64,000 nucleotides of DNA, from positions 352,001-416,000 of the forward strand of contig CAVVCZ010000006.1 in assembly GCA_963746845.1 (NCBI GenBank), read 5' to 3'. Origin of the DNA: an uncultured Chloroflexia bacterium. GTDB taxonomy: Bacteria > Chloroflexota > Limnocylindria > Limnocylindrales > CSP1-4. Below are positions 29,784 to 39,542 of the stretch, in pieces (the first letter of the stretch is position 1; every line of letters begins with the position of its first letter). A program made the translations under genes and the position numbers. The notes below the pieces were generated by a model. The model did no database searches. It had not been told where the DNA came from and worked only from the letters and a program-made list of their open reading frames with translations.

Positions 29784-30575
29784 TCAGCGGCCGTGATAGG
29801 TGGGCGGGCGCTTCTCGACGAACGACCTGGCGCCCTCGAGGAGGTCGTCGGTCGCGAAGATCCGGACGGACGTGTCGGTCTCGGCGGCGTGGCCGTCGGC
29901 AAGGGGGCGATCGAGAGCCCCGTCGACGAGGACCTTCACCGCGCGGACCGCAAGCGGGCCCCGCTCGGCGATCTCCGCCCCGATCTCCCTGGCGCGGGCG
30001 ACGGCGCGGCCGGCCGGCACGACCTCGTTCACGAGCCCGATCCGGGCCGCCTCCGCCGCGTCGACGATCCGGCCGGTCAGGAGGAGCTCCTTGGCCCACG
30101 CGACGCCGACGATGCGGGGCAGGCGCTGCGTGCCGCCGGTGCTCGGCGTGACCGCGAGACGGACCTCCGGCAGCCCGAGCCGCGCCCGCTCCGACGCGAC
30201 CCGCAGGTCGCAGCACAGAGCCAGCTCCAGGCCGCCTCCGAGCGCGTCGGCCTCGATCGCGGCGATCGTCGGCATCGCCAGCCCGGCCAGGCGCTGGGCG
30301 ATCCGGGCCTCGAGCGCGAACCGCTCGCGGCCGCCGGAAGGCGAGTCGCGATGGTTCTCGAACTCCTTGACGTTCGAACCCACCGAGAAGGCCCGCTCGC
30401 CGCGTCCGGCAAGGACCAGGGCTCGGACGTCGCCCGGGGCGGCATCCTCGAGCGTCCCGAGCGCGGCGTCCAGCTCGTCGAGGAGCGCCCCGGTCACCAG
30501 GTTGAGCGGTGGATCGTCGAGCTCGAGGAGGGCGACCCGATCGAGCGTCAGATGGACGCGCCGGCGGTCCGTCAC
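29784..30575 (-). CDS. Enoyl-CoA hydratase/isomerase-family protein
   Basis: AFSVGSN, ALGGGLELALCCDLR, LPEV, GGTQRLPR. Confidence 0.92.
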   Translation of the reverse strand: MTDRRRVHLTLDRVALLELDDPPLNLVTGALLDELDAALGTLEDAAPGDVRALVLAGRGERAFSVGSNVKEFENHRDSPSGGRERFALEARIAQRLAGLAMPTIAAIEADALGGGLELALCCDLRVASERARLGLPEVRLAVTPSTGGTQRLPRIVGVAWAKELLLTGRIVDAAEAARIGLVNEVVPAGRAVARAREIGAEIAERGPLAVRAVKVLVDGALDRPLADGHAAETDTSVRIFATDDLLEGARSFVEKRPPTYHGR

Positions 30576-32134
30576 GTGTCGGACCCGAAGTCCGCGGCGA
30601 GGCCCATCGGGCCGGACGCATAGAGGCGGCGATCCATCACCCGCAGCGTCTCCGCGACGCGCGGCCGGAAGCCCAGCTGCCCGAGGACGTCCCGCTCGAC
30701 GTCGATGCCCGGCGCAACCTCGATCAGGACCAGCCCGTCGTCGTCCAGGGCGAAGACCGCCCGTTCGGTGATGTAGCGGACCTGCTGGCCGCGCTCACGC
30801 GCGAGGCGTCCGTTGAACGAGATCTCGCGGACCTCCGGGACGAACTTGCCGAGCTCGCCCTCCCGGACGATCCGGACGCCGGCGTCGCCGATGTCGAGCT
30901 CGAGGCCCTTGGCGGTGAGCGTCCCGACGAAGTTGATCCGGGGCGTCCGGGCGCTGATGTTCGGGAAGCCGCCCGGGCCGCGGACCCGGCCCTCGAAGGC
31001 GTGGACGTTGACGTTGCCTGCCGCGTCGACCTCGGCGAACGACAGGCTCGCGATGTCGAGGCCGCCGCCGTCGTAGAAGTCGAACATGTAGGGCTGGTCG
31101 ATCATCGCCTGGTAGTTGAAGCCGGCGCCGCCCTCGTTCCCGGCCACCGGGACGCCGCCGAAGATCCCCTGCTCCACCGTGAGCACGAGCTGGTCCGTGA
31201 TCCCCTCCTCCCAGGCGACGCGACCGATGAGCTGGCTGATCCCGAAGCCGAGGTTGCAGATCGCGCCGCGCGGGAACTCGAGCAACGAGCGACGGGCGAT
31301 GATCTTGCGAACGTCCAGCGGCAGCGGCGGCTCCGGCCGGACCGGGCGGCGGAGCGCGCCGTCGTAGTACGGCGAGTCCCGGGTGATGTACGTCTGCCAC
31401 TGGTCCGGGTCGACGAAGACGTGGTCCACGAGCGCACCCGGGACGCGGACGTCGCGCATCCGGAGGCTGCCCCGCGTCGCGAGCTGGCGGACCTGGGCGA
31501 TGACGATCCCGCCGCTGTTCCGGGCGGCCATCGCCATCGCCAGCATCTCGCCCTGGACCGCCTCGCCCTCCATCGTGAGGTTGCCGTCCTCGTCGGCGGT
31601 CGTCGCCCGGATCACCGCGACATCGATCGGGAACGCATGGAACAGGAGCCATTCGCGGCCGCGCAGGGTGACGACCTCGACCAGGTCCTCCGTCGTCCGC
31701 TCGTTCTGCTTGCCGCCGGTCTGGCGCGGGTCGACGTACGTGCCGAGACCCACCGCCGTGACCAGCCCGGGGCGCCCGGCGGCGATCTCGCGCATCAGCT
31801 CGGACAGGACGCCCTGCGGGAAGGAGTACGACTCCAGCTCGTTCGCCTCGACGAGCGCCCCGAGCCGTGGCTCGTTGCCGATGTTGCTGCCGATCGTCCG
31901 CCGCATCAGCCCGGGCAGCCCCAGCTGGGAGAAGCCGCGCTCGGCGAAGTCGCCGATCCCGACCACCCGGACGGTCGTGAGGTCGCGCGGCCGGCCCTCG
32001 GCCTCGAAGGCCGCTGCGAGCTCGTCGATGAACCGCTGCGGCAGCGCGTGGCCGGCGCCCGAGCCGCCGATCACGATCGTCGCGCCGTCACGGACGAGCC
32101 CCACGGCATCCCGGACCTCGAGGACCTTCGTCAC
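30572..32134 (-). CDS. Acyl-CoA:acetate/3-ketoacid CoA transferase (YdiF/Pct-like, family I)
   Basis: VGLGTYVDPR, ADEDGNL, NLGFGI, TVEQG (catalytic Glu), FDFYDGGGLD, GPGGFPNIS, YITERAVF. Confidence 0.92.
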   Translation of the reverse strand: MTKVLEVRDAVGLVRDGATIVIGGSGAGHALPQRFIDELAAAFEAEGRPRDLTTVRVVGIGDFAERGFSQLGLPGLMRRTIGSNIGNEPRLGALVEANELESYSFPQGVLSELMREIAAGRPGLVTAVGLGTYVDPRQTGGKQNERTTEDLVEVVTLRGREWLLFHAFPIDVAVIRATTADEDGNLTMEGEAVQGEMLAMAMAARNSGGIVIAQVRQLATRGSLRMRDVRVPGALVDHVFVDPDQWQTYITRDSPYYDGALRRPVRPEPPLPLDVRKIIARRSLLEFPRGAICNLGFGISQLIGRVAWEEGITDQLVLTVEQGIFGGVPVAGNEGGAGFNYQAMIDQPYMFDFYDGGGLDIASLSFAEVDAAGNVNVHAFEGRVRGPGGFPNISARTPRINFVGTLTAKGLELDIGDAGVRIVREGELGKFVPEVREISFNGRLARERGQQVRYITERAVFALDDDGLVLIEVAPGIDVERDVLGQLGFRPRVAETLRVMDRRLYASGPMGLAADFGSDT

Positions 32135-32886
32135 GGCATGTAGCCTCCGGCGTTGGGATTGAGGGTTTGCCCGAGGAACAGGCCAGCGGCGTCCGACAGG
32201 AGGAAGATCACCGCCTCCGCCACCTCGTCGGCGCGGCCGAACCGCCCGAGAGCCATGTCCCGCAGCCGGCGCCGGCCTTCGTCGCTCTCGACGAGCTCGG
32301 TGGTCATCTCGGTGATCGTGACGCCCGGCGCCACGGCGTTGATCCGGATGCCCTGCGGGCCGAACTCCCGGGCAAGCGACCGGGTCAGACCGATCAAGCC
32401 GGCCTTGGCCGCGCTGTAGGCGGCGGTCTCGGCGATCCCCATCTGACCGAGCCGGGAGGCGATGTTCACGATCGAGCCGCCACCCTGGTCGAGCATCACC
32501 GGAATGGCGGCCCGGATCGTCCGGAACGAGGCAGTCAGGTTCGTCGCGATGACGGCGTCCCACGTCTCCGGGGCGAGCGCGAGGGTCGGCCCGCGCTGGT
32601 CCCTGCCGGCGTTGTTCACGAGCCCGTCCAGCCGGCCGAACCGTTCCACGACCGACCGGACGAGGGCTTCCGCCTGGGCGCCGTCGGCGACGTCGGCCCG
32701 GAACGACTCGGCGGTCGCTCCTGTCGCCCGGGCGCGCTCGACGGTTCGCACGGCGGCGTCCGCGGCGTGCCCGTAGTGGACCGCGACGGTCGCTCCGGCC
32801 GCAGCCGCCTTCACCGCGACCTCGGCGCCGATCCCCCGGCTGCTGCCGGTGACGAGGACGACGCGACCGTCGAGGACGCCGGTCAT
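32131..32886 (-). CDS. SDR-family oxidoreductase (FabG-like)
   Basis: TGSSRGIG, NNAG, YSAAK, NAVAPG. Confidence 0.92.
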   Translation of the reverse strand: MTGVLDGRVVLVTGSSRGIGAEVAVKAAAAGATVAVHYGHAADAAVRTVERARATGATAESFRADVADGAQAEALVRSVVERFGRLDGLVNNAGRDQRGPTLALAPETWDAVIATNLTASFRTIRAAIPVMLDQGGGSIVNIASRLGQMGIAETAAYSAAKAGLIGLTRSLAREFGPQGIRINAVAPGVTITEMTTELVESDEGRRRLRDMALGRFGRADEVAEAVIFLLSDAAGLFLGQTLNPNAGGYMP

Positions 32887-33899
32887 GCCGGCGCCGCCGT
32901 CGATCCGCGCAGGACGACCACCGTCGGCAGTCGGACCGGGGCGGGCAGGTCGCCGTGGAGCATCCGGTCCGCGTGCTCGAAGCCGAGGCGGCCGAGATCG
33001 CGGAGCGGGAGGCGGACGGTGGACAGGCTTGGCGCCGTCAGGGCGGCGGTCGAGATGTCGTCGAAGCCGGCGACCGAGATCCGGCCGGGGACGTCGATGC
33101 CGCGGACGGCCAGCCGCTGGAGCGTGCCCAGGGCGAGGAGGTCGTTCGCGCAGCAGACGGCGCTGAACGACAGGCCCGACCCGAGCAGCGCGTCCACCCC
33201 GAGGGCACCGCCGTCGACGTCGAACGTGGTCGCGACGACCAGCGCCTCGTCGTACGGGATCCCCGCCTCGGCCAGCCCGCGCCGATAGCCCGCGAGCCGC
33301 TCCCGGGCGACATACAGCGAGCGCGGTCCGGCCAGAAAGGCGATCCGGCGATGGCCCAGCCCCACGAGCGATGCGACCATCGCCGCGATCCCGGCCGCGT
33401 TGTCCACGCCGACCTCCGGCTCGCCACCGGCGTATGGGGAGAGGTGGACGATCGCCGCGCCGTCGGCGCGCATCGCCGCGACGTGCCGCTCCATCTCCGC
33501 CTGGATCTCCGGGTCGTCGAGTCCGCTCCCGGCGAAGACGATCGCCGCGGCCCGCATCGAGCGAACCAGCCGGACGTACGACCGCTCGCGCTCGGCGTTG
33601 CGCTCCGAGCTGCAGGTGATCACGAGATAGCCCGACGACGACGCTCCGTCCTCGACACCCCGGACGATCTCGGCGAAATATGGGTCGGTGATGTCGTGGA
33701 CGATGACCGCGACGACCGGCACCCGGCTCTTCAGGAGGCCGCGAGCCAGGGCGTTCGGGACGTAGTCGAGCTCGCGGGCCGCCTCGAGCACGCGCTCCCG
33801 CGTCGCTGCGCTCACGGGGTAGTCGGCGGCGGACACGACCCGCGACGCCGTCGCGGGCGACACGCCGGCCCGTCGGGCGACCTCGGTGATGGATGCCAC
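32883..33899 (-). CDS. LacI-family transcriptional regulator
   Basis: SITEVARRAGVSPATASRV, YVPNALARGL, SVAGFDD, LSTVRLP, RGST. Confidence 0.93.
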   Translation of the reverse strand: MASITEVARRAGVSPATASRVVSAADYPVSAATRERVLEAARELDYVPNALARGLLKSRVPVVAVIVHDITDPYFAEIVRGVEDGASSSGYLVITCSSERNAERERSYVRLVRSMRAAAIVFAGSGLDDPEIQAEMERHVAAMRADGAAIVHLSPYAGGEPEVGVDNAAGIAAMVASLVGLGHRRIAFLAGPRSLYVARERLAGYRRGLAEAGIPYDEALVVATTFDVDGGALGVDALLGSGLSFSAVCCANDLLALGTLQRLAVRGIDVPGRISVAGFDDISTAALTAPSLSTVRLPLRDLGRLGFEHADRMLHGDLPAPVRLPTVVVLRGSTAAPA

Positions 33900-33907
33900 G
33901 TGCGGAA

Positions 33908-35395
33908 TCAGTACGGGAACGGATAGGACCGGGGCTCGTCGCGGACGGTCACCCACTGCCACTCGGTGAACTCGTCCCAGTTCGCCGCACCGCCGAACCG
34001 GCTGCCGTTGCCCGACGCACCCATGCCCCCGAACGGGATCGTCGCTTCGTCATTCACGGTCTGGTCGTTGACGTGGACCATGCCCGAGCGGATCCGCTGC
34101 GCGAGCGCCAGCCCGCGCGAGATCGAGCGGGAGTACACCGCGCCCGTGAGCCCGTACTCGCTGTCGTTCGCGAGCGCGAGCGCCTCCTCGTCCGTGTCGA
34201 AGACGACGACCGGCGCGACGGGCCCGAAGATCTCCTCTCGCCAGGCGGCCTGATCGGCGGTGACGTCGGTCAGGACGGTCGGCCGGTAGAAGAGGCCCTC
34301 GTGCGTCCCGCCGACGACGACGGTGGCGCCGCCCTCGACCGAGCGCCTGACAATCCCGTCGACCCGCTCCAGCTGCTTCTGGTTGACGATCGGCCCGAGG
34401 TCCACGTCCTCCCGGAACGGGTCGCCCAACCGCAGCCGCTTCGCCTTCTCGGTCAGCAGGTCCACGTAGTCCCCCGCGACGCTCCGATGGACGATGTGGC
34501 GGCCGGTGGCGAAACAGACCTGGCCCTGGAACTGGAACGAGGCAAAGGCGCCGGCCGAGGCTGCCGCCTCCACGTCCGCGTCGTCGAGCACGACAAAGGC
34601 GTTGTTCCCGCCGAGCTCGAGGCTGACCCGCTTCAGGAGCTCGCCGGCGAGGGCGCCGACCCGGCGTCCGGCGGCCGTCGACCCGGTGAACGAGACGCGG
34701 TTGACGTTCGGATCGGTGACGATCGCCTCGCCGACCTCGGCACCGCCGAGGACGACGTGGAACAGCCCGTCGGGCAGGCCCGCCTCACGGAGGATCGCCT
34801 CGAACACCAGCCCGCCACAGACGGGCGTCTGGGGGTCCGGCTTGAGGATCACGGCGTTGCCGACCGCCAGGGCGGGGGCGACGACCCGCATCCCGAGCAC
34901 GCTCGGCGAGTTCCACGGCGTGATCGCGCCGATCACCCCGGCCGGGACGCGGCGCAGCATCGACAGCCTGCCCGGCACCACGCTCGGCACGAGCTGGCCG
35001 TACGGCTGGAACGGCATCGTCGCGGCGGCGTGCAGCTCGCCGACCGCGAAGTTCTGCTCGTGGTGCATCTTGTTCCGGTGGGCGCCGGTCTCGCGCTGCG
35101 TCCACGTCCCGAACTCCGGCCGGTGCGCCTCGTAGATCTCGGCGGCCCGGCGCAGGATCGCGGCACGCTCCGCATAGCTCGTCTCCGCCCATGCCGGTTG
35201 GGCCGCGGCCGCCGTGGCGGCCGCCCGGGCGACGTCGTCGGGCGTCGCCTGCGCGACGGTCAGAAGCGGCCGGCCGGTTGCCGGCTCGCGAACTTCGCGC
35301 GGCGCGCCGGTTCCCGGGCGCCAGTCGGCGAGGAACGGATCGAGCCAGCCCGGGCTCGCGGACTCCAGGGCCGCCTCAGGCGCCGTCGTGGCCAT
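33908..35395 (-). CDS. Aldehyde dehydrogenase (benzaldehyde/vanillin dehydrogenase-like)
   Basis: ITPWN, LKPD, FTGST, LELGG, GQVC, EEIFGPV, PFGGMGASG. Confidence 0.93.
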   Translation of the reverse strand: MATTAPEAALESASPGWLDPFLADWRPGTGAPREVREPATGRPLLTVAQATPDDVARAAATAAAAQPAWAETSYAERAAILRRAAEIYEAHRPEFGTWTQRETGAHRNKMHHEQNFAVGELHAAATMPFQPYGQLVPSVVPGRLSMLRRVPAGVIGAITPWNSPSVLGMRVVAPALAVGNAVILKPDPQTPVCGGLVFEAILREAGLPDGLFHVVLGGAEVGEAIVTDPNVNRVSFTGSTAAGRRVGALAGELLKRVSLELGGNNAFVVLDDADVEAAASAGAFASFQFQGQVCFATGRHIVHRSVAGDYVDLLTEKAKRLRLGDPFREDVDLGPIVNQKQLERVDGIVRRSVEGGATVVVGGTHEGLFYRPTVLTDVTADQAAWREEIFGPVAPVVVFDTDEEALALANDSEYGLTGAVYSRSISRGLALAQRIRSGMVHVNDQTVNDEATIPFGGMGASGNGSRFGGAANWDEFTEWQWVTVRDEPRSYPFPY

Positions 35396-35903
35396 CGCTG
35401 TCTCCTTCCGGCGGTGCGGCGAACCGCTCTGCGTAGGTCCTGGGAGCGTCGTCGACGACCGCCCGCTTGCCGGTCGCAGGGTCGCGCCAGACGGGTCCCC
35501 GGGCGAGGACGGCGTCGATCAGGCCCTCCTCGATGTACGGGGGAACCTCCCAGGTGCGGATCGTGATCGCCGCCTGGCCCGGGTAACCGATCAGCTCTCG
35601 GACCCGCTTGTCGGTGTAGTAGCCGGCCACGATCGCGAGCTGTAGCGCGCCGAGGGCGGCGGGATCGTCCCGCTCGAGCGCCGCGACCCGCGCCGCCGGG
35701 TCGTCGGCGAGGCTCGCACCGAGCGCCGTCCGCACCGGGCCGAGAAGGTCCGGGCGGGCGTTCAGCACGAAGCGCAGCCGATCGTCGGTCAGGACCTCGG
35801 CTGCCGACGGCATGCCGTGCGCGGCCGGGATGAGATGGTCCGCAACGGTCGACAGCGAGGCCCGCTCCGCCTCGGTCAGGATCGTGGCCTCGTCGAGCGT
35901 CAT
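35376..35903 (-). CDS. Gluconate 2-dehydrogenase subunit 3-like accessory protein
   Basis: ADHLIP...MPSA and AGYYT...IGYPGQ. Coupled to the GMC gene. Confidence 0.7.
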   Translation of the reverse strand: MTLDEATILTEAERASLSTVADHLIPAAHGMPSAAEVLTDDRLRFVLNARPDLLGPVRTALGASLADDPAARVAALERDDPAALGALQLAIVAGYYTDKRVRELIGYPGQAAITIRTWEVPPYIEEGLIDAVLARGPVWRDPATGKRAVVDDAPRTYAERFAAPPEGDSDGHDGA

Positions 35904-37513
35904 GCCGGCACCTGCTGCTCGAAGCGGGTCTCCACCATGTGATCCGCTGCCCGCAGGGCGATCGCCACGATCGTCGAGGTCGGGTTCACCCCGGACGAGG
36001 TCACGAAGCACGAGCCGTCGACGACATACAGGTTCGGCACGTCGTGGGTCCGGTTCCAGCGATCGAGCACGGAGGTCTCCGGGTCGTCGCCCATCCGCGC
36101 CGTCCCCAGGAGGTGCCAGCCGGAGTACCGCATGAGCCGGTCGACCTCGATCTTGTACGCGCCGGCCGCATCCATCGACTCTTTCGCCCGCTCGATGTGG
36201 AAGTCGAGCATCCGGCGGGCGTTGTCGGCCATCGTGTAGTGGACCTCCGGTGCCGGGATGCCCGACGAGTCGGTGACCGAGCCCGAGAGCACGATCCGGT
36301 TCGCCTCGTCGGGGAGGTCCTCGGCGAAGAGGCCCCAGTTTGCGCCGTGGCCCAGATGGGACTTCACGTGGGTGTGGTGCTCCGGGCCCCAGGCCTGCTC
36401 GCCGGCCCGGCTCGGAAGCGCGGTGTTGATCGGCCCGCCGGTGGGCGCCAGGCCCCAGCGGGCGCCGCGGACGAAGCCGCGCTTCTCGTCCGTCTCGTAG
36501 AACTCCAGACTCTCGATCAGGTCGCCGAACTGGCCCGCCCAGCTCATCAGCGGCTCCTCGAACAAGCCGGCGACGTTCGCGAACGGGTGCATCATCAGCC
36601 GCTTGCCGACGAGCCCCGAGGAGTTCGCGAGGCCATCCGGGTGGCGGGCGCTCGCGGACAGGAGGAGCAGCCGCGGCGTGCCGATCGCGTTCGCGGCGAG
36701 GATGACCACCTTCGCCGCCTCGAAGTGCTCGTTGCCATCGCCGTCGATCCAGGTGGCGCCGGTCGCGAGCCCCTGCTCGTTCGTCTCGACCCTCCGGACC
36801 CGCGCGCCGGTCACGAGCTTCGCCCCCAACCCGATCGCCTTCGGCCAGTGGGTGAGGTCGGTGGACGCCTTCGCGCCCTCGTTGCAGCCCGACTGGCAGG
36901 TGGATCGCTGGACGCAGATCCGGCGACCGTCGTATGGCGTCGAGTTGATCGAGTTGAACTCGGGCCACCAGTGCCAGCCGAGCTTCGTCATGCCCCGCGC
37001 CACCTTCAGGCCCGCCGACCCGATCGGGAGCGGCGGCATCGGTGCGTCCTCGGCGTCCGGCGGATAGGCCGGATCGCCGGGCAGCCCCGACACCCCGAAC
37101 TGCCGGTCGGTCCGATAGAAGTACGGCAGCAGCTCGAAGTAGTCGATCGGCCAGTCGTCGGCCACCCCGTCGAGCGAGCGGACCCGGAAATCGGACGGCA
37201 GTGCCCGTGGCCAGGCCCCCGCGAAGATGATCGTCGAGCCGCCGACCGCGTTGTACATCAGCGGCGAGACGGGGGTGTCGTCCTCGACGATCGGGTAGTC
37301 CGCGGCGAGTCCGCGGATGTTCGGACTGGTCGCCCAGTCCTTGCGCGCCTTCAGCTCCCAGTCGAGCTTGTTGCCGGGATAGTCGTCGCGATCGAGCCAC
37401 CCGCCCTGCTCGAGGCAGACGACCCGGAAGCCGGCCTCGGCGAGCCGCAGCGCGACAACCCCGCCGGACGCGCCGGCGCCGATGATCAGAACGTCTGCGG
37501 GGTCGCTCGCCAC
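35900..37513 (-). CDS. GMC-family flavin oxidoreductase
   Basis: IGAGASG, VGGST, CxxxxxCxxGC cluster motif, WHLLGTARMG, NLYVVDGS, NPT. AGGAGG RBS. Confidence 0.93.
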   Translation of the reverse strand: MASDPADVLIIGAGASGGVVALRLAEAGFRVVCLEQGGWLDRDDYPGNKLDWELKARKDWATSPNIRGLAADYPIVEDDTPVSPLMYNAVGGSTIIFAGAWPRALPSDFRVRSLDGVADDWPIDYFELLPYFYRTDRQFGVSGLPGDPAYPPDAEDAPMPPLPIGSAGLKVARGMTKLGWHWWPEFNSINSTPYDGRRICVQRSTCQSGCNEGAKASTDLTHWPKAIGLGAKLVTGARVRRVETNEQGLATGATWIDGDGNEHFEAAKVVILAANAIGTPRLLLLSASARHPDGLANSSGLVGKRLMMHPFANVAGLFEEPLMSWAGQFGDLIESLEFYETDEKRGFVRGARWGLAPTGGPINTALPSRAGEQAWGPEHHTHVKSHLGHGANWGLFAEDLPDEANRIVLSGSVTDSSGIPAPEVHYTMADNARRMLDFHIERAKESMDAAGAYKIEVDRLMRYSGWHLLGTARMGDDPETSVLDRWNRTHDVPNLYVVDGSCFVTSSGVNPTSTIVAIALRAADHMVETRFEQQVPA

Positions 37514-37586
37514 GGGCAGCCTCCTCCTGGTGACGGACGGCCACCGGGCTCGATCAGGACCCGGTGAAGGGGCGGATGGTCGTCCG

Positions 37587-37601
37587 ATAGTAAACCTTTG
37601 C
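37587..37601 (-). promoter_or_regulatory. Putative -10 element with overlapping LacI-type operator
   Basis: Minus strand GCAAAGGTTTAC (GnAAnCGnTTnC-like) overlapping TACTAT, upstream of the operon that contains the LacI gene. Confidence 0.45.
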
Positions 37602-37645
37602 TGCCCCCCGAGGTCGACGTCCTGCCGGGCGATCCGGGCGCGCCG

Positions 37646-38608
37646 TCAGCCGCCGGTCGTGGCCCCCGCGACGGCTTCGCGGGGAGCCGGCTCCGGCAGC
37701 AGGCCGACCTCGGCGAGGACAGCCGCCAGGTGGGCCCGCTCCTCGTCGCCGAGCGGCAGCAGCGGCCGCCGGACATGGGCCCCTTCGAGGCCCGGCACGC
37801 CGAGGATCCGGAGGCATTCCTTCAGCCGCACGCGGTAGTCGCCGACGGGCGCGGCGAAGACGACGTCCGCCAGCCGCTGGACGCGCCGGCCGAGGGCCCG
37901 GGCGTCGTCGATCCGGCCGTCGTTCCAGGCGTGGATCATGTCGACCTGCTCGCGGGTCATCACCGCGCCGAAGCCGATGAGGGCGCCGGTCGCGCCGAGC
38001 ATGAACGACTCGAGGATGAAGTTGTCGTTGCCGGTCAGCAGGGTGATCGGCCGCGGCAGGTCGGCCAGGAGGCGGGCGGTGTCGACGAAGCGGCGAGCGT
38101 CGAAGGACGCCTCCTTCATCGCGACCACGCCGTCGACCGACGCCATCGCGCGCAGCGTGTCCGGCTCGAAGTTCAGCCCGGCCAGGGCCGGCTGGAGCTG
38201 GAAGAGGATCAACGGCAGGCCGACGTCGGCGATGGCCTCGTGGTACCGGACCGGGACGCGTGGGTCGAGCGGCTCGCTCAGGTAGGCCGGGATCGGGAAG
38301 ACCAGGAACGCGTCCGCGCCGGCGGCCTTGAAGTCCCTCGCCTGGCGGACCGCGGCATCGGTCGACGGCCCGGCGAGGCCGGCCACGATCGGCAGGTCGG
38401 TGACGTCGTCGACGATCTCGAGGACGCGGACCTTCTCGTCATGGGTGAGATGCGGCCCTTCGCCCGTGTCGACGTTGATCGCCAGCGCGACCGGGCCCTG
38501 ACCCGCGACCCAGGCGATGTACCGGCGGAGCGCCGGCTCGTTGATCCGACCCTCGGCATCCATCGGCAGGACGGTCGCGGGGATGAGGCCGTCGAGGTTC
38601 AGCGTCAT
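37646..38608 (-). CDS. Dihydrodipicolinate synthase/N-acetylneuraminate lyase-family protein
   Basis: GLIPATVLP, DTGEG, Schiff-base Lys in AMKEAS, LTGND, GATG. Confidence 0.85.
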   Translation of the reverse strand: MTLNLDGLIPATVLPMDAEGRINEPALRRYIAWVAGQGPVALAINVDTGEGPHLTHDEKVRVLEIVDDVTDLPIVAGLAGPSTDAAVRQARDFKAAGADAFLVFPIPAYLSEPLDPRVPVRYHEAIADVGLPLILFQLQPALAGLNFEPDTLRAMASVDGVVAMKEASFDARRFVDTARLLADLPRPITLLTGNDNFILESFMLGATGALIGFGAVMTREQVDMIHAWNDGRIDDARALGRRVQRLADVVFAAPVGDYRVRLKECLRILGVPGLEGAHVRRPLLPLGDEERAHLAAVLAEVGLLPEPAPREAVAGATTGG

Positions 38609-38731
38609 GGCGTCTCCCGATGGGTGGGCCGAGCGGGACGGAGCGGCGTGTCCGCCCAATGTTCGATAATCGATGGGATGGTGGCAAGCGCCGCCCGCCG
38701 GCGCCGCCGCCCCACGGTCCCGAGGAGCACG

Positions 38732-39517
38732 ATGGCCCAGCTCGACATCTTCAGCCTGCACGGCCGCGTGGCCCTGATCCCGGGCGGCGGTGGCTCGATC
38801 GGTGCGGCGATGGCCGAGGCATTCGCCGGCGCCGGGGCCAGGGTGGCTGTCACGGGCCGGACGGCGGAGACGCTGGCGGCCGCGGTCAAGGGCGTCGAAC
38901 GCGCGGGGTCGGAGGGTCTCGCGATCGTCGGCGACGCGACCGTCGAGGCCGACGCGGACCGGATGGTGGCCGAGACCGTGAAGCGGTTCGGGAAGGTCGA
39001 CATCGTCGTCAACGCCGTCGGCGGCGGCGCCGGCGAGGTGCTCCATCCGGCCGAGTCCTACCCCCGCGACGCCTGGGACTGGATCATGGAGCTCAACGTC
39101 CGGAGCACGATCGTGCCGACACAGGCCGCCGTCCGCTCGATGATCGAAGCGGGCCATCCGGGTGCGATCCTGAACCTGACATCCGTGCGGGCGAACCTCG
39201 GGATCAACGCCGGCTACTCCGCCTACGTCGCGGCGAAGGGGGCGATCAGCTCGCTGACCCGGCAATGGGCGACCGAGTGGGCGAAGCACGGTGTCCGGGT
39301 CAACGCGATCATGCCCACGTTCGTGGACACGCCCCAGGTCGCTTCGATGCTGGCCAACCCCGAGTTCAAGGCCGGCCTGGTGAATCGAATCCCGATGCGC
39401 CGGATCGGCGAGACGCGGGACCTCGTGGGACCGGCGATCTTCCTCTGCTCGGATGCCGCCTCGTTCGTGACCGGCCAGGTCCTCGGGATCGACGGCGGGC
39501 TCACCGCCACCCAGTAG
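38732..39517 (+). CDS. SDR-family oxidoreductase (gluconate 5-dehydrogenase-like)
   Basis: GAGGAG RBS, PGGGGSIG, YVAAK, FVTGQVLGIDGG. Confidence 0.9.
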   Translation: MAQLDIFSLHGRVALIPGGGGSIGAAMAEAFAGAGARVAVTGRTAETLAAAVKGVERAGSEGLAIVGDATVEADADRMVAETVKRFGKVDIVVNAVGGGAGEVLHPAESYPRDAWDWIMELNVRSTIVPTQAAVRSMIEAGHPGAILNLTSVRANLGINAGYSAYVAAKGAISSLTRQWATEWAKHGVRVNAIMPTFVDTPQVASMLANPEFKAGLVNRIPMRRIGETRDLVGPAIFLCSDAASFVTGQVLGIDGGLTATQ

Positions 39518-39542
39518 CCCAGCCCCGAAGGAGACCCCGCCG

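Noticed and set aside
26383-37513. Mycofactocin-like cluster (creatininase as MftE, GMC as MftG, SDR)
   Set aside because: No MftA precursor, MftB, radical-SAM MftC or glycosyltransferase in the window.
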